In this document: piece by piece, positions 20,911 to 30,736 of the stretch
How positions within the stretch are numbered: the stretch's first letter is position 1
Layout: each line of letters starts with the position of its first letter
NCBI GenBank assembly: GCA_038133845.1
Contig: JAYPUA010000007.1
Coordinates: forward strand, 7,042 to 71,041
Origin: Deltaproteobacteria bacterium
GTDB lineage: Bacteria > SAR324 > NAC60-12
Direction of reading: 5' to 3'
DNA length: 64,000 nucleotides
Made by a program: the position numbers and the translations under genes
Notes under the pieces: model-generated
What the model was told of the DNA's origin: nothing
What the model saw: the letters and a program-made list of their open reading frames with translations, nothing else
The model's database searches: none

Positions 20911-22491
20911 ATGTACAAGGTACTGATCACAGGAGCGATCCACGAGTGTGGCTTGGAGCTCTTGAGGCAGGAGCCGGATCTGGAAATTCACTACCTCCCA
21001 GACCGTCCCCATGAAGAGTTGCTCGGGTTGGTAGAACCCTTTCACTGCATCCTCTCCCGCTCAGAGACGGCAATCACCCGAGAGTTGATCGACCGGGCCC
21101 CAAATCTCAAGGTCATCGCACGGGCTGCGGTAGGCATCGGCAACATCGATGTGGCCTATGCTACCGAGAAGGGGGTCCTGGTGTTCAACACTCCCGCGAA
21201 GAACACCAACTCTGCAGCCGAGTTGACCATGGGGCTGCTGCTCAGTGCTGTCCGGAAGATGGTCCCGGCCCACAAGCATATGGAAGATCTACGCTGGGAA
21301 CGCCACACCTTCACCGGGACCGAACTGTTGGGCAAGACCCTCGGAATCATCGGCCTGGGAAACGTCGGACACCGGGTAGCCCGATTTGCCCGAGCCTTTG
21401 ACATGGAGGTCCATGCTTTCGATCCGTACTTGGCGGATGAGGTGTTTGAGCGGCATCAGGCCCGGAAGGCCTCCTGGGAGGAGCTTCTGAGAGAGTCGGA
21501 CGTGATCAGCCTGCATGTGCCGAAGACGCGGGAGACCTCCGGAATGATTGGAGCGGCCGAGATTGAGCAAATGAAGCCCGGCGTGATCCTGATCAATGCA
21601 GCCCGAGGCGGAGTGATTGACGAGGTCGCCCTGCTTGCAGGGTTGAAGTCCGGGAAGGTCTCTGCGGCAGGAGTGGACACCTGGGAGATTGAGCCTCCGC
21701 AGGAGAACCCCTTCCGGGAGCTGCCACAGGTCGTCATGACCCCGCACATCGGCGCCTCAACCGTGGAAGCCCAGGTCCGGATTGCGGAATCCGTGGCCAA
21801 CCAGGTGCCTCGTGCGCTGCGCGGAGAGGTTGTGGACTCGCCGGTCAACATGCCCAACGTTCAGGTGATGAACAACCCGCAGGTCCGGGCCTATGCGGCT
21901 CTGGCTGAGCGGTTGGGGCGCTTTGCCTCCCAGTTTGTCAACTTTGTGCCCCATCAGGTGGAACTCAAGTTCCGGGGGTCTCTGGCTCGGAATGAAGGGT
22001 CCTTGCTGCGCCTGAGCTTCCTCAAAGGCTTCTTGTTGGAGAAGCATGAAAACGTCAGCTACGTCAACGCGGACCAGTGTGCCGAGGCGGCGGGATTGCG
22101 AGTAGAAGAAGTAGGGGACCCGGGCTTCACCGACTACGAGAGCGCGCTCAAGTGCACGCTCAGTGGTCCGGAGGGGCGCTTTCAGATCGGAGGGGTTGTC
22201 TTCAGTGGAGAGCACCCGCGCATTACGCTGGTCAATGAGTTCGTCTGTGAGATCGAACCTGCCGGCACGATTCTGGTGACCACCAACCGGGATCAGCCGG
22301 GCATGGTGGGCGTCATTGGAACCCTGCTTGGAGAGCACCGGGTGAACATCGATCAGTTCGAACTGGCCCGGAATACCCGGGGAGGCGAGGCCATGGCCCT
22401 GATCCGGGTGGATGATGGAATTTCCGAGGAGGTCGTGGAGGAGCTGCGTTGTCGCCCGGGGATTACCTCTGCTCGAAAAATTCAGCTCTGA
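20911..22491 (+). CDS. serA: D-3-phosphoglycerate dehydrogenase, long form with a C-terminal ACT domain
   Basis: Rossmann GIIGLGNVG, catalytic R/E/H of 2-hydroxyacid dehydrogenases, C-terminal ASB/ACT region. 526 aa from the MYKVLITG start. Confidence 0.9.
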   Translation: MYKVLITGAIHECGLELLRQEPDLEIHYLPDRPHEELLGLVEPFHCILSRSETAITRELIDRAPNLKVIARAAVGIGNIDVAYATEKGVLVFNTPAKNTNSAAELTMGLLLSAVRKMVPAHKHMEDLRWERHTFTGTELLGKTLGIIGLGNVGHRVARFARAFDMEVHAFDPYLADEVFERHQARKASWEELLRESDVISLHVPKTRETSGMIGAAEIEQMKPGVILINAARGGVIDEVALLAGLKSGKVSAAGVDTWEIEPPQENPFRELPQVVMTPHIGASTVEAQVRIAESVANQVPRALRGEVVDSPVNMPNVQVMNNPQVRAYAALAERLGRFASQFVNFVPHQVELKFRGSLARNEGSLLRLSFLKGFLLEKHENVSYVNADQCAEAAGLRVEEVGDPGFTDYESALKCTLSGPEGRFQIGGVVFSGEHPRITLVNEFVCEIEPAGTILVTTNRDQPGMVGVIGTLLGEHRVNIDQFELARNTRGGEAMALIRVDDGISEEVVEELRCRPGITSARKIQL

Positions 22492-22520
22492 GGTCGGACG
22501 TGCAGTCTCTTCAACCCTTG

Positions 22521-24446
22521 ATGGATCAGAACTTTCTGGAGTACGCCTCCTACGTGATCAAGGATCGTGCGATTCCAGACATTGGAGATGGCCTCAAGCC
22601 TGTGCAACGGCGCATCCTTCACACCATGTGGAAGATGGACGACGGCAAGTTCAACAAGGTCGCCAACGTGGTGGGAGAGACGATGAAGCTCCACCCGCAC
22701 GGAGACGCCTCAATCGGCTCGGCGCTGGTCGTGATGGCCAACAAGGAGTACTTCATTGAGAAGCAGGGGAACTTCGGGAACCTCTTTACCGGAGACCCGG
22801 CTTCAGCCGCTCGCTACATCGAAGCCCGCCTGACTCCTCTGGCCAAGGAGATCCTCTTCAACCCGGACCTCACGGAGTTCATCGAAAGCTACGACGGCCG
22901 GAACCAGGAGCCGGTGCTCCTGCCCTGCAAGATCCCCGCGACGTTGCTGCTTGGCGCGGAAGGGATCGCGGTGGGAATGTCTACCCGGATCCTGCCTCAC
23001 AACTTCAACGAGGTGCTTGAAGCGCAGATTGCCTGCCTCAATGGCGAGGAGCTGCCTGTGCTATGTCCGGACTTCCTGACCGGAGGAATCCTGGATGCCG
23101 AGCAGTATCAGGATGGAAACGGGAAGATCCGGGTCCGGGCCCGTGTCGAGGTTCAGGATGAGAAGACGCTGGTCATCCGCGATGTCCCCTACGGGGTCAC
23201 GACCGAGAGCCTGATTCAGTCGATTCAGGATGCGGCAAACAAGGGCAAGCTCAAGCTGGCCTCCATCAACGACTACACCACCGAAGAGGTGGCTGTGGAA
23301 CTGCGCGCGATGCGAGGCGTGAAGGCGGAGTCTCTGCTCAAGCCGCTCTATGCCTTCACCCAGTGCGAGGTCTCGGTCTCGATCAACCTGCTGGTCATCC
23401 GGGACAACCAGCCGGTGCTGATGACCGTGACCGAGGTGGTGGAGCACTCTACCAAGCGGCTGCTCACCTTGCTGGAGCTGGAACTCAAGCTGGAGCTGGA
23501 GCAACTGCGACACAAATGGCATCGTGGGCAACTGGAGGTCTACTTTCTTCAGGAGCGACTCTACCAGCTTCTGGAGCAGTGTGACAGCTACGAGGAGGTG
23601 CTTGAGCGCGTCGAAGCCGCCCTGCAGCCCTTGCAGCCAAAGCTTGATCTCCCCATCACGAAAGAAGACTTGGAGGCGCTGCTCTCCATTCCCATCAAGC
23701 GCATCTCGCGGTTTGATCAAAAGCAAGCGGAGGCGAACCTCAAGAAGCTGCAAAAGAGCATCCGGGAGGTCCGCAAGCACCTGCGCGAGCTGAGGCCTTA
23801 TGCCGTGAGCTACCTCCAGGGGCTCAAGGAACGCTACGGTGAGCTGTACCCCCGGCGCACCGAAGTGGAGTCCTTCGAGGAGGTCCGCAAGCGTGATGTC
23901 GCCGAAGCCGTTGAGGTCGGCTGGGACAAGCAGTCCGGCTTCATTGGAACCTCGGTGAAGTCCAACCACACCATTTCCTGCTCCAGCGTCGACAAACTCG
24001 TGCTGTTCCGCAAGGATGGGCGCTATCAGGTGATCAAGGTTCCGGAGAAGCTGTTTGTGGGCAAGGATGTGATGCGCATGGAGTTGCTGGACACCAAGGC
24101 GACCTACAATCTGATTTACGCTGAAGGGGAGAGCCAGGTCTGCTTTGCCAAGCGCTTCCGGGTGGAAAAATTCATCCTGGAAAAGGAGTACCGACTCTTT
24201 ACCAAGGCAAGGGGTGCAAAGATCCTGCACTTGAGTGCAGGCCCGGGAGTGATGCTGGAGGCGCTGTTTGTTCCGACTCCACGGCTCCGGAAGACGCGGG
24301 AGCTGGTGCTGTTCGACAGCCTGCTGGTCAAGGGCGCGCAGGCCCGGGGAAACCGAGTCTCGGACAAACCCATTGACAAGATCCGACAACTGGCTGCTCA
24401 AAACCTCGAATCCCCACAGCTCGGGTTTCCGGACTCTCAGAGCTGA
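22521..24446 (+). CDS. Type IIA topoisomerase subunit A (ParC/GyrA family), short 641 aa form
   Basis: AIPDIGDGLKPVQRRILHTM and HPHGDASIGSALVVMAN motifs. The catalytic Tyr lies in SAARYIEARLT. Only a short C-terminal region follows the coiled-coil, not a full beta-pinwheel. Confidence 0.8.
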   Translation: MDQNFLEYASYVIKDRAIPDIGDGLKPVQRRILHTMWKMDDGKFNKVANVVGETMKLHPHGDASIGSALVVMANKEYFIEKQGNFGNLFTGDPASAARYIEARLTPLAKEILFNPDLTEFIESYDGRNQEPVLLPCKIPATLLLGAEGIAVGMSTRILPHNFNEVLEAQIACLNGEELPVLCPDFLTGGILDAEQYQDGNGKIRVRARVEVQDEKTLVIRDVPYGVTTESLIQSIQDAANKGKLKLASINDYTTEEVAVELRAMRGVKAESLLKPLYAFTQCEVSVSINLLVIRDNQPVLMTVTEVVEHSTKRLLTLLELELKLELEQLRHKWHRGQLEVYFLQERLYQLLEQCDSYEEVLERVEAALQPLQPKLDLPITKEDLEALLSIPIKRISRFDQKQAEANLKKLQKSIREVRKHLRELRPYAVSYLQGLKERYGELYPRRTEVESFEEVRKRDVAEAVEVGWDKQSGFIGTSVKSNHTISCSSVDKLVLFRKDGRYQVIKVPEKLFVGKDVMRMELLDTKATYNLIYAEGESQVCFAKRFRVEKFILEKEYRLFTKARGAKILHLSAGPGVMLEALFVPTPRLRKTRELVLFDSLLVKGAQARGNRVSDKPIDKIRQLAAQNLESPQLGFPDSQS

Positions 24447-24478
24447 CCTTCCTCCGTTGTCGTCTCGAATCCTCTTCC

Positions 24479-25306
24479 GTGCTACGTTCAGGCTCTTCCT
24501 TCCAACTGCTTCCGGTCCTTGAAACAGAGGCTCCTCTGATCTCCGACTCGGACCTGACCTTCAGCCTGCAGGCGCTTGGGGTTCCGGAAGGGTCCCCGCT
24601 TTGCCTGGCCAACCAGGAGTTTCCGGATCTGGTCAAGCAGGCCCACCGGATCCAGAAGCGCTCTGGAGCACAGCTCTTCCGCGCCAACACCGCCGGAGCG
24701 TCGCTTTCCGAGCTGGAGCCTTTGGGGTGGGAAGATCGGTGCGAGGCTCTGAACAACTCAGGACGTGCGCTCCTCAAGGAGGCCCTGGACAACCAGGGCA
24801 TCCAGGCTGGGGTAATCCGGGCGATCGCTTCAGAAACTCAGGCCAACCTGCGCGAAGCCGCCTATGGCAACCAGGCCGTGTACCTCTCCGACACGCGTGC
24901 AGACCTGATCTGGCTCCGCGATTTTCCCTCTGTGGCCGAGCTTCGGCTGGCACTGCGTGTCTTGAAGAGAGTGTCTCAGACAGAGATCATCGCGTCCTTG
25001 AAGCCACAGACGTTCTCCGAGGAGGTTCTCCAGGAACTTCCAGAGTTGCTTCGGGTTGGTGCAAACTACCTCGGTCTCCAAGGAGCAGCAGACCATCCGG
25101 AACTGACTTCCAGCTTGAAGGCCCTGGTCGACACAATCGGTGTGGTTGGGATTGAACTGGATGAGAGATCGTCACAACCGGCCCCCTCTGCGGAGTTTGA
25201 GCAGGTGCTGGCCGCCGTCCTGGATCTTGGGGTAGCCTGGGTGGCCCTAGGCGCTCACACGACTCCGGATCACGTCCGATTGGCTCGGAAGCTTCGGGAT
25301 CTCTGA
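24479..25306 (+). CDS. Hypothetical protein (275 aa)
   Basis: ORF with coding-like composition and a GTG start. No confident family assignment. Confidence 0.45.
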   Translation: MLRSGSSFQLLPVLETEAPLISDSDLTFSLQALGVPEGSPLCLANQEFPDLVKQAHRIQKRSGAQLFRANTAGASLSELEPLGWEDRCEALNNSGRALLKEALDNQGIQAGVIRAIASETQANLREAAYGNQAVYLSDTRADLIWLRDFPSVAELRLALRVLKRVSQTEIIASLKPQTFSEEVLQELPELLRVGANYLGLQGAADHPELTSSLKALVDTIGVVGIELDERSSQPAPSAEFEQVLAAVLDLGVAWVALGAHTTPDHVRLARKLRDL

Positions 25307-25421
25307 TTTCCGCTATTTCCTTCCAAAACGCCGGATTTCCGGAGAAAACCGGCTTCCAGTTTTTCAGAAAATTTGATATTATTTTTGCTTTTATCTCTTA
25401 TTCCAGCAAAAAGTAAAAATA

Positions 25422-26825
25422 ATGAACCGCACCAAGATCATCTGCACGATTGGGCCGGCCACAGAGTCCTATGACATGTTGCAGAAGATGGCAGGCGCCG
25501 GAATGAATGTGGCACGCCTGAACATGTCTCATGGAGATCACGAGTGGCATGCTCAGGTCATTCAGCGCATCAAGAGCCTGAACAAGAAGATCCGGACTCC
25601 GATTGCCATCCTGCTCGATACGCAGGGGCCAGAGATCCGGACCGGCAACCTGGCAGAGGATCTCGACCTGCACGAAGGCTCGGTGATCACGATCAACGTG
25701 CGTGGAGAGAGCGACGTGGAGGAGACCTCGATCCACGTGGACTACGACGACCTGATCCGCACCGTGAGCCCCGGAGACAAGATCACCGTGGACAACGGCC
25801 TGATCAACCTTGAGGTGCTGGAGAAGCACGACCGGGAGATGCGCTGCCGGGTTTTGGACGGAGGTGTGCTCAAGAGCAAACGGCACGTCAACCTCCCGGG
25901 AGTCCGGGTCAACCTTCCAGCGATCACCATGAAGGACCGCCGGGATATCCTGTTTGGGCTGGAGTACGATGTGGACTTTATCGCCCTTTCGTTTGTCCGG
26001 GAGGCAAACGACGTGTTGCAGCTCAAGGAGCTGCTTGGAGACAAGTTTGGCAAGGTGAAAGTGATCGCCAAGATCGAGGATCAGGAGGGCGTGAGCAACC
26101 TGGACGAGATCATTCAGGAGGTCCACGGAGTCATGGTGGCCCGAGGAGACCTGGGCGTCGAGATCCCGAACCACACGGTTCCCACGGTGCAGCGGGAGAT
26201 CGTTCGCAAGTGTGCAGAGGCCGGACGTCGGGTGATCGTGGCCACTCACCTGCTGGAGTCGATGATCGAGAACCCGATCCCAACCCGGGCAGAGGTGACA
26301 GATGTGGCAAACGCGATCTACGAGGAGGTGGATGCCGTGATGCTTTCCGGCGAGACGACGGTGGGCAAGTACCCTCTGCGGTGCATCGATCAACTGGTCA
26401 ACATCGCCCAGACTGTGGAGGTCAATCCGGGGTTGCGCTTCGTCAACAACCTCCGACCCGGCTCCGACAAGCAGCAGCTCTCCACCTCCGCGGTCCAATT
26501 GGCCGAGTCTCTGGGCGTGCGTGGGATCGTGGTCATCACCCGTCGGGGCGTGATGGCCGACTACGTCAGCAACTGCCGGCCGGCCAAGAGCTTCATCTAC
26601 GCCTTCACCAACGTCAGCCAGGCACGCCGGACGCTGATGCTCAACCGAGCGCTCCGCTCCTTTAGGATCAACTTCAGCGATGAGCCGGAGAAGACTCTGC
26701 AGACCGCTTTTTCGGTGCTCCGACAGCGCGAAGGGTTCCAGTCCGGAGAGAAGGTCGTCGTGATCTCCGATGTGCTGGCGGGGTCTGGAAGGATCGACGC
26801 TCTCCAGATCCGTCACCTGCCCTGA
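25422..26825 (+). CDS. pyk: Pyruvate kinase
   Basis: MNRTKIICTIGPAT..., and the MVARGDLGVEIP motif. 467 aa. An AT-rich promoter region lies upstream at 25340-25421. Confidence 0.92.
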   Translation: MNRTKIICTIGPATESYDMLQKMAGAGMNVARLNMSHGDHEWHAQVIQRIKSLNKKIRTPIAILLDTQGPEIRTGNLAEDLDLHEGSVITINVRGESDVEETSIHVDYDDLIRTVSPGDKITVDNGLINLEVLEKHDREMRCRVLDGGVLKSKRHVNLPGVRVNLPAITMKDRRDILFGLEYDVDFIALSFVREANDVLQLKELLGDKFGKVKVIAKIEDQEGVSNLDEIIQEVHGVMVARGDLGVEIPNHTVPTVQREIVRKCAEAGRRVIVATHLLESMIENPIPTRAEVTDVANAIYEEVDAVMLSGETTVGKYPLRCIDQLVNIAQTVEVNPGLRFVNNLRPGSDKQQLSTSAVQLAESLGVRGIVVITRRGVMADYVSNCRPAKSFIYAFTNVSQARRTLMLNRALRSFRINFSDEPEKTLQTAFSVLRQREGFQSGEKVVVISDVLAGSGRIDALQIRHLP

Positions 26826-26907
26826 GTTTCTTTCAACACCACACGATCATTGACTTTTCAGGGGGGCAATGGCACTGTGATGGTTCTCCGAAGAGGGCTT
26901 CGCTCGC

Positions 26908-28083
26908 ATGAAGCCCGGCACGCTTTCCCCTGAAGCCTGCTCCTGTTCATCCCCTTTTCACGACCTCGTCTTGGCTCACGACCTCCCCTCGGCATCTTCA
27001 GTCCCTTCCAAAGACGCTCCAACTGAGGCTTCCCAACGTCCGTTCATTCAGGAACTGACACGTCTGGAGCTCAGGCTCTGGATGGAGTCGCAGGGATTTC
27101 CGGCCTATCGTGCGGATCAGGTCTTCGGCTGGGTCTACCAAAAGCGTGTCTCCGGATTTGGAGAGATGGGCAACTTGGGAAAGAAGGTCCAGCAGGCGCT
27201 GGAGCAGAACTTCCGGATGGGCGTTCTGGAAACGGGAGAGGAGCATCGCTCTGAGGACGGCTCCATCAAGTATCGCTTTGTTCTGGAGGATGGTCGGAGC
27301 ATCGAGTCGGTGCTGATGCCCCACACGGATCACTTCACAGTGTGCATCTCCTCTCAGGTCGGGTGCGCCATGGGTTGCGACTTCTGCATGACCGGAACCA
27401 TGGGGCTGATCCGGCACCTCAGCGTGGCCGAGATCGTCATGCAGGTCCTTGCTGCAGGGCAGGGACTTCCGGAAGGCGAGACGATCCGCAACATCGTCTT
27501 CATGGGCATGGGCGAGCCGTTTCACAATTATGAGAACGTGATGCGGGCGCTGGAGGTCTTTACCGACGAGCACGGGCTGAACCTGTCCCAGCGCCGGATC
27601 ACGGTCTCGACCTCCGGGCTGCTGCCTGCCATCCGGCGCTTTGGAAGGGAGCGCGTCAAGGCGAACCTGGCGGTTTCACTCAACGGGGTCACCGACGCCG
27701 TCCGCTCGCAGCTGATGCCGGTCAACCGGGCCTACAACCTGGAGAAGCTGGTTCAGGCCTGCAAGGAGTATCCGCTGGAGTCTCGCAAGCGCATTACCTT
27801 CGAGTACATCCTGATGAAGGGCGTCACCGACTCGCTGGAAGATGCGAAGGCCCTGATCAAGCTCTTGCACGGGCTCAAGTTCAAGGTCAACCTGATCCCG
27901 TTCAACGAGTCTCCCAAGAGCAAGTACCGCAAGCCGGAATGGGAGCAGGTCCGTGCCTTTCAGCAGTACCTGCTGGACCGGGGCGTGGTCGCTACGGTGC
28001 GCATTTCCAAGGGGCAGGACATCCAGGGAGCCTGCGGTCAACTGGTCGCTCGGAAGCCACAGCCGGAAGCCCTTCCAGCCTGA
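26908..28083 (+). CDS. rlmN: 23S rRNA (adenine2503-C2)-methyltransferase RlmN (radical SAM), with an N-terminal extension
   Basis: CxxxCxxC radical SAM cluster motif ([16 protein letters not shown]) and conserved RlmN N-region ([11 protein letters not shown]). About 40 extra N-terminal residues if the ATG at 26908 is used. Confidence 0.85.
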   Translation: MKPGTLSPEACSCSSPFHDLVLAHDLPSASSVPSKDAPTEASQRPFIQELTRLELRLWMESQGFPAYRADQVFGWVYQKRVSGFGEMGNLGKKVQQALEQNFRMGVLETGEEHRSEDGSIKYRFVLEDGRSIESVLMPHTDHFTVCISSQVGCAMGCDFCMTGTMGLIRHLSVAEIVMQVLAAGQGLPEGETIRNIVFMGMGEPFHNYENVMRALEVFTDEHGLNLSQRRITVSTSGLLPAIRRFGRERVKANLAVSLNGVTDAVRSQLMPVNRAYNLEKLVQACKEYPLESRKRITFEYILMKGVTDSLEDAKALIKLLHGLKFKVNLIPFNESPKSKYRKPEWEQVRAFQQYLLDRGVVATVRISKGQDIQGACGQLVARKPQPEALPA

Positions 28084-28115
28084 ATTCTCTCTACCTCGAA
28101 ACCAACATCGACCTC

Positions 28116-28736
28116 ATGCGAAAACCTGTCAAGATTGGGATCGGAGGACCGGTCGGCTCGGGCAAAACGGCCCTGCTGGACCGGCTCTGCAAGGCCATGC
28201 GGGATCAGTATCAGCTGGCCGTGGTGACGAACGACATCTTCACCCGCGAAGACATGGAGTTCCTGATCCGCAGCCAGGCCCTCCCGGAAGAGCGGATTCG
28301 AGGGGTGGAGACCGGAGGGTGCCCGCACACGGCGATCCGCGAGGACGCCTCCTTGAACTTCGAGGCGATCGAGAACCTGGTTGCAGATTTTCCCCAGCTG
28401 GACCTGGTGTTTGTGGAAAGCGGTGGCGACAACCTGGCCGCAAGCTTCAGCCCGGAATTGGTAGACGCCTCGATCTATGTCATTGACGTCTCGGGAGGAG
28501 ACAAGGTCCCGCGCAAGGGCGGTCCGGGAGTGACCCGCTCCGACCTGCTGGTGATCAACAAGATCGACCTCGCTCCGCAGGTCGGAGCCAGTCTTGAGGT
28601 GATGGACCGAGACGCCCGCAAGATGCGAGGAGAGCGCCCGTTCATCTTCAGCAATCTCAAGTCCGGAGAGGGGCTTGAAGTCATCATCCGCTGGATTCAG
28701 ACTCAGCTCCTCTTTGAAGAGGCTCCCGCCGGGTGA
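28116..28736 (+). CDS. ureG: Urease accessory GTPase UreG
   Basis: P-loop GGPVGSGKT, VTNDIFTxED, GGCPH metal-binding CPH motif, NKIDL. 206 aa. Confidence 0.85.
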   Translation: MRKPVKIGIGGPVGSGKTALLDRLCKAMRDQYQLAVVTNDIFTREDMEFLIRSQALPEERIRGVETGGCPHTAIREDASLNFEAIENLVADFPQLDLVFVESGGDNLAASFSPELVDASIYVIDVSGGDKVPRKGGPGVTRSDLLVINKIDLAPQVGASLEVMDRDARKMRGERPFIFSNLKSGEGLEVIIRWIQTQLLFEEAPAG

Positions 28737-29578
28737 GCGCGTTTTCTCCGGAGACGGTGGGGCGACAGGCTCGTTTGGAGCTGGTCTTCAAGCGCCAGGG
28801 GTCCCGGACTATCCTGGAGCGAGCCCACGTGGAGTCTCCTCTGAAGGTCACCCGCCCTTACTGGCCGGATGAGTCTGGACAAGCCCACCTGATCTTGATG
28901 AGCCCTGCCCCTGGAATTTTCGGAGGGGATGAGTGGGACCTGCAGGTTTCCGTGAAATCCGGGGCCTCGGCTCACATCACACCGCAAGGGGCGCTTCGCG
29001 TCCACCCCGACGTTCAGGCACAGACCGCACGGCAGAGGGTACACCTCAGGGTTGAGTCCGGGGGCACGCTCTTTTGGGAAATGGAGCCGGTGATCCCGTT
29101 TCGTGGCTCAAGCCTCCAACAGACCATTCATCTTGAACTGCAGGACGGGGCTCGGCTGTTTTTTTGGGACGGGTTCTGTGCCGGGCGGGTGCAATCCGGT
29201 GAGCGCTGGGAGTTTGCCCGACTGGAGCAGGATCTGCGGCTGGAGCGTGACGGCCAGCTGCTGCTGCTCGACCGCTTCCTCCTCGAGCCCCAGTCCCGTG
29301 AGGTGCCGCTTCATGACATGAACGAGTGCTTCACGGCGCTCTTGCATCCAGCCTCTTCCCTGAGCCAGCTGGATCCGGAAGGCCTCAGTCCCCGGCTTCA
29401 GTCTGCCGCATCCCGGTGGGGACTTGATGAACCAGCTCCGGGGCTGTTCCTGCTTCGAGGGCTGGTGCAGGAGGGCGTGACCCGTCGCCGAGACCAGGCG
29501 CAGTGGCGTGAGTTTCTCATTGACCAATGGGCCAACCCTCTGTCGACCCCAACTGCTTCAGGGGCCTCACAGAATTGA
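28733..29578 (+). CDS. ureD: Urease accessory protein UreD/UreH
   Basis: GTG start overlapping the ureG stop (GTGA). UreD-family pattern ([35 protein letters not shown]). Confidence 0.75.
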   Translation: MSAFSPETVGRQARLELVFKRQGSRTILERAHVESPLKVTRPYWPDESGQAHLILMSPAPGIFGGDEWDLQVSVKSGASAHITPQGALRVHPDVQAQTARQRVHLRVESGGTLFWEMEPVIPFRGSSLQQTIHLELQDGARLFFWDGFCAGRVQSGERWEFARLEQDLRLERDGQLLLLDRFLLEPQSREVPLHDMNECFTALLHPASSLSQLDPEGLSPRLQSAASRWGLDEPAPGLFLLRGLVQEGVTRRRDQAQWREFLIDQWANPLSTPTASGASQN

Positions 29579-29648
29579 TCCGGATTTGAACTGGATTGTT
29601 TTCGTGTAAGAAATTATACCTGAGGGTCAAGCATCTTAGAGGTCCTGA

Positions 29649-30704
29649 ATGCCCGACATACTCCACTCCTTTGAAGACTACCTCCGGCAACCGCTGGAAG
29701 ACCGAATCCCGAACTACAACCGAGAGGGGCGGCTCTACCACGTGATGGTCGCCCAGCAGTTCAGCGAGCAGCTGCTGGAGGAGCTTTTTGATGCTGCGGA
29801 TCTGGTCAAGAGCCTGACTCGACGTCCCAACGGGATCGACTACCTGAAATCCCTGCTACGGCACCGTCGGGCGATGCTGTATTTCACTCAGCCCTCGACC
29901 CGGACCTTCCTCTCGTTTTTGACAGCGTGCCAGATGATCGGCGTGGATACGGGAGAGGTGCGGGATGCTGCACTGTCCTCGGAATACAAGGGGGAGAGCC
30001 AGGAGGACGGGGTCCGAGTCTTCAGCAGCTACTTTGACGCGATCGTGATGCGCGACCCGAAGCCCGGGTTTTGTGAGTACATGGCCTACTTGTTGGACCG
30101 GACGGGGCGGAGCGTTCCCATTCTCAACGGAGGGAGCGGGAAAGATCAGCATCCAACCCAAGCGCTGCTGGATCTGTACACCATGCACCGCTCCTTCCAA
30201 GAGCGTGGAGGGATTCGGGGAAAGCGGTATGCGTTTGTTGGGGACCTCCTCCGGGGAAGAGCCGTGCGCTCGGCCGTGTACCTGCTCAGTCAGTTTCAGA
30301 ACATCGAACTCTTCTTTGTGGCTCCCGAAGCATTCCAGATTGCTCCGGATCTGGAACAGCACCTCCGTGAGCGGAGTATCCCGGTTCACAAGTGCGACCA
30401 GATCCATCAGGTGCTCCCGGAGGTGGATTGTGTGTACATGACCCGCGTTCAGGATGAGTACGACCTCTCGGGAGAGTCTCAACTGATCGACCCTCGAAGC
30501 TACAGCCTGAACCGAGAGAACATCCGGATGATGCGTCCGGATGCGATCATTCTCCATCCGCTTCCACGCCGTGACGAGATTCATCCGGAGGTGGACTCCG
30601 ACCCGCGTGCGATGTATTGGCGCCAGTTGCGAAACGGTGTCTACATTCGTGCTGCCTTGATGCTGTACGTCTTCGGACGTTCGCACAAGCTGGCAGAATA
30701 CTGA
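29649..30704 (+). CDS. pyrB: Aspartate carbamoyltransferase catalytic chain (PyrB-like) with an N-terminal extension
   Basis: STRTF (variant of STRTR), MRDP, HPTQALLD, MTRVQ, and a C-terminal LHPLPRRDEI...NGVYIRAALM that closely parallels E. coli PyrB. Confidence 0.8.
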   Translation: MPDILHSFEDYLRQPLEDRIPNYNREGRLYHVMVAQQFSEQLLEELFDAADLVKSLTRRPNGIDYLKSLLRHRRAMLYFTQPSTRTFLSFLTACQMIGVDTGEVRDAALSSEYKGESQEDGVRVFSSYFDAIVMRDPKPGFCEYMAYLLDRTGRSVPILNGGSGKDQHPTQALLDLYTMHRSFQERGGIRGKRYAFVGDLLRGRAVRSAVYLLSQFQNIELFFVAPEAFQIAPDLEQHLRERSIPVHKCDQIHQVLPEVDCVYMTRVQDEYDLSGESQLIDPRSYSLNRENIRMMRPDAIILHPLPRRDEIHPEVDSDPRAMYWRQLRNGVYIRAALMLYVFGRSHKLAEY

Positions 30705-30736
30705 ACTCCAAGGCCTGAGCCCGGAATCGGATTGCC

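Noticed and set aside
23061-24401. 446 aa minus-strand ORF opposite the parC/gyrA-like gene
   Set aside because: Antisense shadow ORF. The plus strand has diagnostic topoisomerase motifs.
25398-26816. 472 aa minus-strand ORF opposite pyk
   Set aside because: Antisense shadow ORF. The pyk frame is unambiguous.
29649-30704. Possibility that the ATCase-like gene next to ureG-ureD is a dedicated carbamoyl donor enzyme for urease-type lysine carbamylation
   Set aside because: The protein is near-collinear with bona fide PyrB including aspartate-binding residues, so housekeeping PyrB is the parsimonious call. The adjacency is noted only as context.
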